A stretch of 64,000 nt of DNA, from contig NC_052157.1 of the NCBI RefSeq assembly GCF_902713615.1, forward strand, positions 131,731,425-131,795,424, written 5' to 3'. This document shows positions 51,821 through 63,880 of the stretch, piece by piece. The stretch is from Scyliorhinus canicula (lineage: Eukaryota). The number at the start of each line of letters is the position of its first letter. The first letter of the stretch is position 1. The notes under the pieces were generated by a model. The model made no database searches and had not been told where the DNA came from. It was given only the letters and a program-made list of their open reading frames with translations. The translations under genes were made by a program, and so were the position numbers.

Positions 51821-54800
51821 TTAGCACTCTAGGAATGGTTGCCACCTCCTTAAGAACCCCTGCACCGATCCCGTTGGGGCAAATTTCACCCTCTCCAATT
51901 TAATAAACCCCGCCATGTCATTGATCCAGGCCTCCACGCTTGGGGGCCTCGCATCCTTCCACTGAAGAAAAATCCTCCGCCGGGCTACCAGGGACGCAAA
52001 GGCCAGAATATCGGCCTCTTTTGCCTCCTGCACTCCCGGTTCCTCTGTGACCCCAAATATTGCGAGCCCCCAGCCTGGCCTGACCCTGGATCCCACCACT
52101 CTCGACACCGTCCTCGCTACGCCCTTCCAAAAGTCCTCCAACGCTGGGCACGCCCAGAACATATGGCTGTGATTTGCTGGGCTCCCTGAGCATCTAACAC
52201 GCCTGTTCTCACTCCCAAAACACCGGCTCATCTTTGTCCCGGTCATGTGTGCCCTATGCAGCACCTTAAATTGTATGAGGCTGAGCCTCGCATCCGCCCA
52301 CGTCCCCTCCTCGATCTCCTCACCCAGCTCGTCCTCCCACTTACCCTTCAGTTCCTTCACCAAGGCCTCGTCACCTGGTACATTGCCGAGATCCTCCCCT
52401 CTCCAACCCACACCCCCGAGAGCACCCTGTCCTGGACCCCACGCGGCGGCAACACTAGGAACTCCACCACTTGCCGCCTGACAAACGCCCTTACCTGCAT
52501 ATACCTGAAGGTGTTCCCCGGGGGGAGCCCGAACTTCTCCTCCAGCTCACAGGCTCGCGAACTTCCCATCCACAAACAGGTCCCCCATCCTCCTGATACC
52601 TGCCCTGTGCCAACTCAGGAACCCGCCGTCAATTCTTCCAGGGACATACCGGTGGTTCCCCCATATCGAGGACCCCACCGAGGCTCCCACCTCGCCCCTG
52701 TGCCATCACCATTGACCCCACATTTTGAGGGTAGCCGCCACCACCGGGCTCGTGGTATACCTCGTTGGAGGGAGCGGTAGCGACGCCGTCACCAGCGCCT
52801 CCAGGCTCCTGCCCACACAGGACGCCATCTCCATCCTCTTCCATGCTGCCCCTTCCCCCTCCATCACCCACTTGCGCATCATCGGCGCTTTGGCAGCCCA
52901 GTAATACCCACAGAGGTTGGGCAGCGCCAGCCCCACCATCCCTACTTCGCTCCAGGAACACCCTTCTCACCCTCGGCGTCCCCCTGCACCCACACAAACC
53001 CCGTAATGCTCCTATTAACCCGCCTGAAGAAGGCCTTCAGGATAAGGATGGGGAGGCACTGGAACAGGAACAGAAATCTTGGGAGCACCGTCATCTTGAC
53101 TGACTGCACCCTACCCGCCAAAGACAGTGGCAGCATATCCCACCTCTTAAACTCCTCCTCCATTTGCTCCACCAGCCTCGTGAGGTTAAGCTTATGCCCA
53201 GCTCCTAGCCACCTGGACCCCCAAGTACCTGAAGCTCCTCTCCGCCCTTTTTAGTGGGAGCTCACCAATCCCCCCCGCCTGGTCCCCTGGGTGAATAACG
53301 AACAGCACGCTCTTCCCCATGTTGAGCTTGTACCCTGGAAATCCCCAAACTCCCTGAGAATCCTCCGGCATCCCCCCCACCGGGTCCGCCACATACAACA
53401 AGTCATCCGCATACAGCGACACCCGGTGTTCCTCCCCACCTCGCACCAGCCCCCTCCAGTTCCTCGACTCCCTCAACGCCATGGCCAGGGGTTCAATCGC
53501 CAGTGCAAAGAGCAGGGGGGATAGGGGGCACCCCTGCCTCGTCCCTCGATGTAGCCGAAAATGCTCCGACCTCCTCTTATTCGTGGCCACACTCGCCACC
53601 GGGGCCTCATATAGCAGCCTCACCCACCTGACAAACCCCTCCCCAAACCCGAACCTTTTCAGCACCTCCCACAAGTACCCCCACTCTACCCTATCGAAGG
53701 CCTTCTCCACATCCATCGCCGCCACTATCTCCGCCTCCCCTTCTACCGCCGGCATCATTATAACATTCAAGAGCCTCCGTACATTAGTATTCAACTGCCT
53801 CCCTTTCACAAACCCCGTCTGATCCTCGTGAATAACCTGCGGCACACAGTCCTCTATCCTCGTGGCTAAAATCTTCACCAACAACTTGGCGTCTACATTT
53901 AAGAGTGAGATCGGCCTGTATGACCCACACTGCAGGGGATCCTTGTCCCACTTAAGGATCAAGGAAATCAGCACCCGAGACATCGTCGGTGGCAAAGCCC
54001 CTCCTTCCCTTGCCTCGTTGAAGGTCCTAACCAACAGAGGGCCCAGCAGGTCCGCATACGTCTTATAGAATTCGACCGGGAACCCATCCGGCCCTGGTGC
54101 CTTCCCCGGTTGCATGCTCCCTATCCCTTTGACCAACTCCTCCAACCCACCTGCCCCTCCTCCACCCTTGGGAATCTCAGCCGGTCCAGGAAACAACCCA
54201 ACCCTCCCTCCTCCAGTGGGGGTTCGGACCGATACAGTTCCTCGTAGAAGCCCTTGAAGACCCCATTGATGCCTTCCCCACTTCGCACCACGTTCCCTCC
54301 CATATCCTTAACTCCACCGACCTCCCTGGCTGCATCTCGTTTCTGAAGCTGGTGTGCCAGCATCCGGCTCGCCTTTTCCCCATATTCATACACCGCCCCC
54401 TGTGCCTTCCTCCACTGCACCTCCGCCTTCCTGGTGGTCAACAGGTCGAATTTGGCCTGGAGGCTACGCCGCCCCCCTAAGCAGTCCCTCCTCCGGAACC
54501 TCCGCGTACCTCCTGTCCACCCTCACCATCTCCCCCACCAACCTCTCCCTCTCTCTCTCTGATCTCTCCTCTCCCTGTGGGCCCGAATGGAGATCAGCTC
54601 TCCCCTAACCACCGCCTTCAGCGCCTCCCAGACCGTCCCCACTCGGACCTCCCCATTGTTGTTGGCCTCCAGGTACCTCTCAATACATCCTCGGACCCGC
54701 CCGCTCACCTCCTCGTCTGCCAGCAACCCCACCTCTAAGCGCCAAAGCGAGCGCTGGTCCCTCTCTTCCCCCAACTCGAGGTCCACCCATTGCGGGGCAT

Positions 54801-55487
54801 GATCAGAAATGTACTCAGTATCCTCCACTCTCGCAATCAGCGCCCTACTCATAATAAAGAAATCAATCCAGGAATAGGCCTTATAAACATGAGAGAAGAA
54901 TGGAAATTCCCTGGCCCCCGGTCTCGCAATCCTCCATGGGTCAACCCCTCCCATCTGGTCCATAAACCCCCTCAACACCTTAGCCGCCGCCGGCCTCCTA
55001 CCCGTCCTAGATCTGGAGCAATCCAGTGCCGGATTTCTCCCCCCCCCCCCCCCCCCCCCCCCATTATCAGGCCCCGTCTCCAAGTCTGGGATCCGGCTCA
55101 AACCCGCATCGTCCCAATTCGGGGCGTATACATTGACCAGCACCACCCGCTCACCCTGCAGTCTGCCACTTACCATCACATACCTACCGCCACTGTCTGT
55201 CACAATGTTCGACGCCTCGAACAACACCCTCTTTCCCACCAAGATCGCCACCCCCCGATTTTTTGCATCCAGCCCCGAATGAAACACCTGGCCTACCCAT
55301 CCCTTCCTCAACCTTACCTGATCCGCTACCTTCAGGTGCGTCTCCTGAAGCATGACCACATCCGCCTTCAGCCCCTTCAGGTGCGCAAACACTCGGGCCC
55401 CTTTGACCGGCCCATTCAGTCCCCTTACATTCCAGGTTATCAGCCGGATCAGGGGGCTACCTGCCCCCTCCCCCGCCGACTAGCCAT
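51821..55487 (-). pseudogene. L1 ORF2 endonuclease/RT (multiple frameshifts)
   Basis: TWNVRGLN, LQETHL, NVYAPN, SDH (EN); KAPGPDG, YRPISLLN, EKAFDRV, GTRQGCPLSP, YADDLL (RT); C-terminal CCHC-type region. Confidence 0.93.
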
Positions 55488-56158
55488 TACCCTTCCTCAG
55501 CCCGCCACATGCCCGCGCCCCCCGCTCGGCCCGTTCCCCACAGTGGCAGACTCCCATCCCGACCTCTACCTGCTCCAGCTCCCTCTTGGCTATTACAGCA
55601 GCAACCCGGTAACCCCCCCCCCTCCCCCAGCTAGGACCCCCCCTAGCTGCATTACTCCCCCCATTGCACTTCTGTAAGTCAGCCGACTCCTGCTGACCCC
55701 GGCCACTCACGCCACTCCTTCGACCCCTCCCAGCGTGGGGCATCCCCGCTTTCCCATTGCCCACCAGCAGGCTCTCCTCCTCCCCTTCCGTTCTCAGCGC
55801 GGGAAAAAGCCCGCGCTTCACGGCTCCCGCCCCGCCCCCTTCAGCCCGCAGCACGGGAAAAAGCCCGCGCTTTCCACCCGGCCGACCCCGCCTCCTCTGA
55901 CGCAGCTCCCTTTACAGGCCGGGTCCCCTCACCCCCAATGCAGGCCTCCCCCCCCACCGCAGGGCCCCATCCCCCCTCCCCGCCATCAGCCCCCCACACC
56001 GCAGGCCTGCCCCCCTCCCCGAGCCCATCCGTCAGAACCAAGCAAAAATAGTGCCCAACCCGCCCTCAAAGCACCAAAGAACCAAAAATAAACAGAGAAC
56101 CCCCCCTAAAAATGTAACACCCTGACCACCCCTACACGCAAACTCTCGTACCCAACCC

Positions 56159-56909
56159 TCAGTTTGAGTCCAATTTTTCGGCCTGAACAAAGACCCACTC
56201 CTCTTCTGGGGACTCAAAGTAGAAGTATCGATCCTTGTAGGTGACCCACAGACGCGTCGGCTGCAACATGCCAAACTTCACTCCCTTCCTGTATAGCACT
56301 GCCTTCGTCCGATTGTACCCGGCCATCTTCTTTGCCACCTCCGCGCTCCAGTCCTGATAGATACGAACCTCCATCTTCTCCCACCTGCTGCTCCGCTCCT
56401 TCTTGGCCCACCTGAGCACACACTCCCAGTCAGCAAACCGGTGGAACCGCACCAGCACCGCCCGTGGCGGCTCATTAGGCTTGGGCCTCCTCGCCAATAC
56501 TCTGTGGGGCCCCCTCCAGCTCCAGCTCCCATCAATGAATTTAACATGGTGACCACGTAGGCCCCCACGTCTGACCTCTCCAGCCCCTCTGGGAGGCCCA
56601 GGATCCGCAGATTCTTCCGCTTCGAGCGGTTCTCCATCTCCTCGAACCTCTCCTGCCATTTTTTATGGAGCGCCTCGTGCGCCTCCACCTTCACCGTATG
56701 CCCAAGATCTCATCCTCGTTTTCGGAGACCTTTTGCCGGACCTCTCGGATCGCCACCCCCTGGGCCGTCTGGGTCTCCAGCAGCTTATCAATCGAAGCCG
56801 TCAGCGGCTCTAGCAGCTCCGCTTTAAGCTCCCTAAAGCAGCGCTGAAGAGCCTCCTGCCGCTGCTGCGCCCACTGCATCCATGCTGCCTGGTCTCCACC
56901 CGCCGCCAT
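56159..56909 (-). pseudogene. L1 ORF1 (frameshifted)
   Basis: MAAGGDQ.., EEMENRSKRKNLRILGLPEGLE, PPRAVLVRFHRF..RIYQDWSAEVAK..GVKFGMLQP. Confidence 0.9.
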
Positions 56910-58749
56910 CTTGTGCTTCTTCCCTCGCACCTTCTTTGGCTTCACTACCACTTTTTTTACTCGCCCCACTCCTGGTCCAAGCCATACACTGCTGGGGAAA
57001 TGTTGCTGACTCCTTCCCACACCGGGAAACGTCAAAAAAGTACAGTTGGGGGCCCTACAAAGAGCCCAAAAGTCCTTTCCTAGCGGGAGCTGCCGAACGT
57101 GCGACTTAGGTCCGCATAGCCGCAACCGGAAGTCCTCAATTTTAAGACATTTTATTGCTTAAATTGCTCACTCCTACATCCAATGCAGGGTTGAGGAAAG
57201 AAACAGGCTTAACATTATGCAATTATGAGTAAACTTCGTCACCAGTATATATTTCGATCCCACTGGATAATATGATACATATTGGAATTAATAACAAATA
57301 TATCCCTCCTTTATGACTGATTCCTGGCAAATAAATGACAGAATAAGATTATAATATTTTTGGTCCAGGAAATGGTGTTCAAGAATACTTTATTTATTTT
57401 ATTTCTTCTCAATCTGCCTGCCTTCTCACCATACTCCACAGTGCCTTCACTTTCCAGAAGGACATTTAACACCCACCTGGAACCATCTATCCCTCTGCCC
57501 ATACATCCCTGTAACTCTGCTCTTCGCTAAACAGGTTTACTTGGCAATCAATTGGCTGCCTAATCTCGCACAATATGGTTATTTTGCTCCGGCAACTAAT
57601 AGGGAAATACTACTGGGAGGGAAGATGTTTCTGCTTCCTCCACGCTCTGAAACCAACTTTTTTTTTATTGGAAGTTACAGTGAACCAATTTCCAAACATA
57701 GGAAGCATTGGATTACTGGAAGTCAAATCATAGACCATGTACACTCACTCAAAAACAATCTGGAATTTGAATTGTCCTTATTGCCATTCGCTCTTGTGAG
57801 ATAATAGAATAAAAAACACACACCCAAAGTAAAGGAAAACACGACAGGTATAGTGTGATTGAAACAGTGGGCATGAATTTCTGTTAAAGCGACATTTTAT
57901 TCATTCATTTCAGATTTGTACGGTAAGTAAGTGAAAGTAACACACTGTGGCATTTACACAACGTCAATATGCCTGCTATATTACTGCAAGGTTTATTGAC
58001 ACAGAACTGGAAAATTCTGTGCTTAGTATAGGTCCAATTTCGTGCCCAACACGAGAAATGAAAAAAAAATAAAAACTGACAGTTTTGTACTAAATTTAAT
58101 TTTTTATATATTTACCAAATTAGACAAGGTACATGGTTACTAATATCCATTTTCCTCAGGTGCCTTCTAATTGAACTCAGCAGTGCAAACCAGACCCAGT
58201 TGTTTCAACAGATCCTTAGCAACAAGGGCAAACATTCACTTTGTTGTCATGGCAAGTAATCAAACCCAACCAACTAAACACAGAAAGCCAAGTAGTTGAA
58301 TAAAATATTACAGACATTGGTGTAGAAGTTCAGAATATCACAAAGTAATCAACTTTACAAGAATGCTACATTTCCTTGGTAATTCCTTGATAACTTGAAA
58401 TAAAGAAAGCCTCAAATATGTTTTTTTTAATTATTCAGCGTGAAAGAGAAACCAACAATTTCATGTGTAGAACAAATACCTCATTTTAAGTAGTAGTAGG
58501 TACGTTACTGGAAACCTATTTAAATCAAAAAGACATTTTTTGAAGCAGGTTTCCCCATTGTATGCAATATTGGGAGATACATTCCTGTCTCACGATTTTC
58601 AGCACCAATAGGTAACATAAACATGAAATAAACAAAACACAATGTAAATAAATCTCCTTGGCGAGGCCGTTAGATCCTAGGGACTGATTATCGCTGGCAG
58701 AGACATATTTAAGAGTGCCTAAAAAACACACTTAAATATATAAATTTCG

Positions 58750-59245
58750 TTCATAGAATTTACAGTGCAGAAGGAGGCTATTCGGCCTATCGAGTTTGGA
58801 AAGAGTATCCTACTTAAGCCCACACCTCCACCCTATCTCCGTAACCCAGTAACATTTTGGATACTAAGGGCAATTTAGGGGCTGTTTAGCTCACAGGGCT
58901 AATCGCTGGCTTTGAAAGCAGACCAAAGCAAGCCAGCAGCACGGTTCGATTCCCGTAACAGCCTCCCTGAACAGGCGCCGGAATATGGCGACTAGGGGCT
59001 TTTCACAGTAACTTCATTTGAAGCCTACTCGTGACAATAAGCGATTTTCATTTTTTTCATTTAGCATGGCCAATCAACCTCACCTGCAAATCTTTGGACT
59101 GTGGGAGGAAACCAGAGGCACCAAGAGGAAACCCATTCAGACACGGGGACAACGTGCAGGCTCCACACAGACAAGCCGGAATCGAACCTGGGACCCTGGA
59201 GCTGTGAAGCAACAGTGCTACCCACTGTGCTACACAGCCGCCGAA
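58750..59245 (-). mobile_element. V-SINE carrying a nested short SINE (58878-59058, +)
   Basis: Host splits at caatttag|..|atttagcatggcc; TSD atttag. Confidence 0.85.
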
Positions 59246-59537
59246 ACGCACAAGCGGGAACGCAACTAAGGATGCAAAGGATCAAGCTTCAACATGGGGG
59301 AAAATAGTAGACTTGGTACTAAACAATGCCATCAGACATCTCATAGCAACCTTCCAATAAGCTGCAATCAAAGGCTGAATATTCAGTGCCTTTACTACTT
59401 ATGGAAATGCACAGCACCATTAGCCACTGTGGTGGCTTTATACAAGCATTAGTTGAACATTTGGCATGCTCAAACAAATAAAAAAGTTACAATCAGCAGT
59501 ATGATCCCCACATCAACATTGACCCAGCATCCATTGT

Positions 59538-59665
59538 GGGCAGGATCCAGATCGCGACGTCTCGTGAGATCCCATCAGATCTTGCGAGGCATGGCGAGTT
59601 GGGTAAATCTCACTAGGCCGCGTCGCATCCTGGGTCGGGCACGACCCAGCCGTCCGATCGCGCCC
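59538..59665. mobile_element. Small Harbinger-type MITE
   Basis: Termini gggcaggatc / gatcgcgccc; flanks tgt / tat. Confidence 0.55.
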
Positions 59666-60222
59666 TATGTTAACTGCAACTTAACCGTGTGCTTAAGTTT
59701 TCTTTTCTTCTTGTTAATAAATCTTGTAATTTTTAAGATCCCAAAGGCAGTATAGGAATTCTATGCTGCGGAAATCAGTGGGTTTCTTCTCCTTTTCAGA
59801 ACACAAACAAAAAAAGGGGAATGGCTCATAAGTCAAGTTTCTCTCTGGATTTAGCTTGCTCGCCAATTAACATTTGTTGTGGTCCAGTGAGGAAAATAAA
59901 CCCTTCTTCACTAGACCTGCACCAAGCCAATCCAATCATGTGCATTATGACCACTCCTTTGTTTGTAACTTGTATCAGTGCACCATCCTCAAACTGTATT
60001 TTTCATTATGAGACAGAGTGTGCATGTGTGTGTATGTGTCTGTCTGAATGGTGACGGGGTTACATTTCAGCAGATTTTCAGAGTGAATGTGTGAATCAAT
60101 AATCATTTTACTCATTCTTTTTTTTGCATTCAGATAGCAGCTGTTCATCATTCTGCCATTCACACCTCCTCTAAACATCTTTTGTTCTTTTGTCAATCAA
60201 TCTCTCCTGTCTTCCACATCAT

Positions 60223-60922
60223 GGGCAAAATTCTCCCCTACCCGGTGGGGCGGGGGGTCCCGGTGTAGCGGAATGGCGCCAACCACTCCGGCATCGGGCC
60301 TGCCCAATGGTGCGGAATTCTCCGCACCTTTAGGGGCTAGGCCTGCACCAGAGTGGCTCCCGCTCGACCGATGGTGCCAAAACTGGCGCCAACGGCCTTT
60401 GGCGCTACGCCGCCAGGCCTGACCATAAGGCCTTCGCCGGTCTGCGCATGCGCCGGAGCGTCAGTGGCCGCTGACGTCACCACCGGCGCATGCGTGGTGG
60501 GGGGGTCTCTTCCGCCTCCACCATAGTGGAGGCTGTGACGGCGGCGGAAGAAGAAGAGTGCCCCCACGTCACTGGCCCGCCCGCTGATCGGTGGGCCCTG
60601 ATCGCGGGCCAGGCCACCGTGGGGGCACACCCCCCGGGTCCAATTGCCCCGCGCCCCCCCCCCCCCAAGGACCCCGGGGGCGCCGCCAATCCCACCAACA
60701 CAGAAGTGGTTTAAACCACGTCGGCGGGATTCGCCTGTCAGCGGCGGGACTTCGGCCCATCGCAGGTCGGAGAATCGCTGCGGGGGGCACGCCGATCGGC
60801 GGGACGCGATTCCCACTCCCGCCGATTCCTGGGTGCGGAGAATTCCGGCCACAGCGGGGGCGGGATTTACGCAGGCCCCGGGCGATTTCCCCGACCCTGC
60901 GGGGGGTCGGAGAATTCTGCCC
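60223..60922. mobile_element. Harbinger MITE
   Basis: TIRs gggcaaaattctcc / ggagaattctgccc; TSD CAT. Confidence 0.92.
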
Positions 60923-61008
60923 CATATCCCCGACCTTCCCCCTTTTGTTTCTTTCCTACCCTGCCCCCATTCACTTACATAAAATCTGTTACATTTCTAA
61001 TCTTTCCC

Positions 61009-61045
61009 AATTCTGATGAAAGGTGATCGACCGGAAACATTAAAT
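61009..61045 (+). ncRNA. Degenerate minimal type I hammerhead ribozyme motif
   Basis: CTGATGA at 61013-61019, stem II ggt/acc, GAAA at 61034-61037, then catt (cgtt expected). Confidence 0.45.
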
Positions 61046-61064
61046 CTGTTTCTCTCTAGACTGA

Positions 61065-61272
61065 TTTTTTTCCCCCAAGTTTTCCAATCAAGGGGCAATT
61101 TAGCGTGGCCAATCCACCTATCCTGCACATCTTTGGATTGTGGAGGTGAGACCCACGCAGACACGGGGAGAATGTGCAAATTCCACATGGACAGTGACCC
61201 GGGGCCGGGATCGAACCAGGGTCCTCAGCGGCGTGAGGCAGTAGTGCTAACCATTCCGCCATCGTGCTGCCC
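61065..61272 (-). mobile_element. Short poly(A)-tailed V-SINE variant
   Basis: Flanking repeat tttctctcta (61049-61058 / 61273-61282). Confidence 0.85.
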
Positions 61273-61354
61273 TTTCTCTCTACACAGATGTCGCCTAACC
61301 TGCTGAGTATTTGTAGCATCGCATCTGCTCTAGTTAGCATTTGTAGAGAAACAT

Positions 61355-61517
61355 GGGTTGGATTCTCCGCTGTAGGGATTCTCCGTTGCACCGGCAGCTT
61401 GGGTTGTCCCGACTGCGTGGGGCTTCCCACAATGGGAAACCCCATTGGCCAGCTGGCGAGACAAAGAACCCGGGGTCACACCAGAAATTTGGTGCGGTGG
61501 GACGGAGAATCCCACCC
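61355..61517. mobile_element. Short Harbinger MITE
   Basis: TIRs gggttggattctcc / ggagaatcccaccc. Confidence 0.7.
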
Positions 61518-61679
61518 ATGAGGTTTACAAACCAGTTCAATCCAGGATTTTTGCAACAGTGTAGACCTAGCTATTAGAAATAAAACAGTAATAATTATAC
61601 AAAACTAAACATAGCCATTGTGCTTTTCAATGCTAATGACAAGAGTGCATCATATTTCTTGGCATAAGTGTGCCTGCAG

Positions 61680-62270
61680 CAGGAGCTTGATCAGCAAAAC
61701 CACCTACTTCCATCTCCTGCTTCTGCCTCTCTTTTACCTATTGTTGAAATCATCATCTATGCCTTTGTTATCTCTAGACTTAACAATGAAATGCTCCACT
61801 GGCCAACCTAACATCTTCCACTGTGCATAAATATCAACTTCCTGTATACTAACTCGCACCAAGTCCCATTGACACATCACAAGCCTTGTGCTCACTGACC
61901 CACATTTACTTCTGGTCCAGTAACGCCTCAAATCTCTCCATGGCCTCACTCCTCCTCAGTTCTGTATCCTCTTCCAGCCCTTCAAATCTTTGCGATCTCC
62001 GCAAGCCTCCAATACAAACATATCCCATTTCGGGCCTCTTTGATGTTAATTGCTCTGCCATTGGCAGCCACGCCTTCAGCTTCCTGGGTGCTGTGCTCTG
62101 GAATCCCCTCTCTAAACCTCTTCACTTCTTGAACTCTCTTCCTTCCTTTTAAGGTGCACCTCAAATCCACCTCCCCCTGTGCTAATATTTCCTGACATGA
62201 CTCAATGTCAAATTTTGTTTGGAACATTCCTGCAAAGTGCCTCCCGATATTTTACTGAGTTAAAAGCAAA
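61680..62270 (+). mobile_element. L2 LINE 3' region, old
   Basis: SAIGSHAFSFLGAVLWNPL motif and L2-type tail. Confidence 0.6.
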
Positions 62271-63880
62271 TGGCTGTTGCAACAATTAACTTATCATTAA
62301 GCTCCAAGATTAACTGGGTCAGGAGAAGACCCCATTTATCCGTGGTTGGAGAAAGGGAAAACGCCAGGAATTTGCTGTTTTCACACTTCACCTGGCGCAA
62401 TCTCGCCTTCCCACTTAAAGCCTCACCATATTTCTCGCAATTTGTCCTGATTGAACAGTTAGAACAGAACCTATGAGGTTATGGTCCATATTTCAGCTTG
62501 GACAATGGGGAGATCATTATTTGGAAAAGGGCCCTGTGTAATTGCTCTCAATTGCATTTCCGCACAGGCCTCAGCAACAGCAGACTTCAAACTTTCCTTT
62601 ACAACTAGCTCTTCAACTGCCTCTTCCTCCTGACTTTTGCAAGTCTTTCCCCACCATCTGACACAACTACCTTGATGATGGAGGCCAGGGAGCCATCCTC
62701 ACCATACGAATGCAAATAGCCAGACTTGGGGCATCCTGGTTGTAGCCAGAAATCCTTTCCACAGGAGACATCCCCAATTGGGAAATCCTTTTTAATTACT
62801 TGCAGAAAAGTTTTACACAAGATAATTTGCATATTCACTCATGTTGCAATGGCAACATGAGGAAAACGCTTTTTACGTAGTGAGTGGTTAATGTCTAGAA
62901 TGCACTACCTGAGCGTGTTTATTAAACAATAAAATAAGTCAACAAGAAGTATACTTAACAGAAACAATGGCTGTACACAGCATCACAAACGTTACCCAGT
63001 TCCAAACACCTTTATTTTACTACCTTCAGAGTTAATTCTCCCCAAACTCCCACAACATCCTGCAAATGTTTTTTGCAAACTATAAAAGAATCTTGCCCAG
63101 TACTACACCAGGCAGTCATATCTCTTTGGGGTTGCTTATGAGGTCGAACAAAACAGCTGGTTTCTCAAGTTGATTTTATTTATTGTTCTGCTTACAATCC
63201 CGACAGATCGCTCCATACATGAAAACATACGAAATAACGGTGATAAAAGATGTAGGAAGATGATCTGTCGGGGAGAGCTTGCAGAGTTGCCACTCTCCGG
63301 CGCGATCTTGGGAACAGCATTTTTTTTAATCCAGCTGCAGCCTGTTGTTATTTTTTCTCCCCCTTCTTTGACTTTAGTCCTGCATCACCGCATTTGGCTT
63401 TTCCCTTCTCTTGTTTCTCCTCCTCTGCTCCTCCAGCCACTGCTGTTGGACATCTCCAAGGGTTTTCTCCCTGTTCCTGACTCCTCCGGCCCCCCGGCCA
63501 GCCTGTTGCTGCTGGGGGAAGCTGGGCCGCTTCCGTGGTGAGTGGGGGTGTTACAGGTAGCCCGACTGCCCCTGGCTGCTGTGTCTCACTTCCATCCATT
63601 ATGTCTGGGCCTCGCTGTGCCAACCCTACCCCTGCCCAGCTGGACTGTCTCCCCGCTGAAACCCACACCAGCAGCCTCACCGACATGGGCCTGTTGTTGC
63701 CCCATCCCCAACCTTTCCAAGAGCGTCCCCCACGAATCCCGCTCTTTCGCAGTCGTTTTGTTTGCATCCTCCCTCGCTGATCAGAATACCTGCATCACCA
63801 ACTCGGCTTCATCAGCCTCTGGTCCGTTGACCGGGTGTCCAGTCCCGCCCCCAGCTGCGGTTCAAACTCCCGCTCTCTCT

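Larger units (their letters stand above)
51712..57137 (-). mobile_element. Full-length L1 retrotransposon, disabled
   Basis: 16-bp TSD aattttaagacatttt (51696-51711 / 57138-57153); 5' end ggacttccggttgcgg; ORF1, spacer, ORF2, AATAAA and A tail. Confidence 0.95.
60100..61320 (+). mobile_element. Penelope-like remnant interrupted by a MITE and a SINE
   Basis: ctgatgaa..gaaacattaa..tctgtttctctcta[SINE]cacagatg..acctgctgagtattt..agcat terminal signature. Confidence 0.6.

Noticed and set aside
63170-63880. GC-rich ORFs near the window end
   Set aside because: No recognisable motifs; probably an unclassified retroelement fragment
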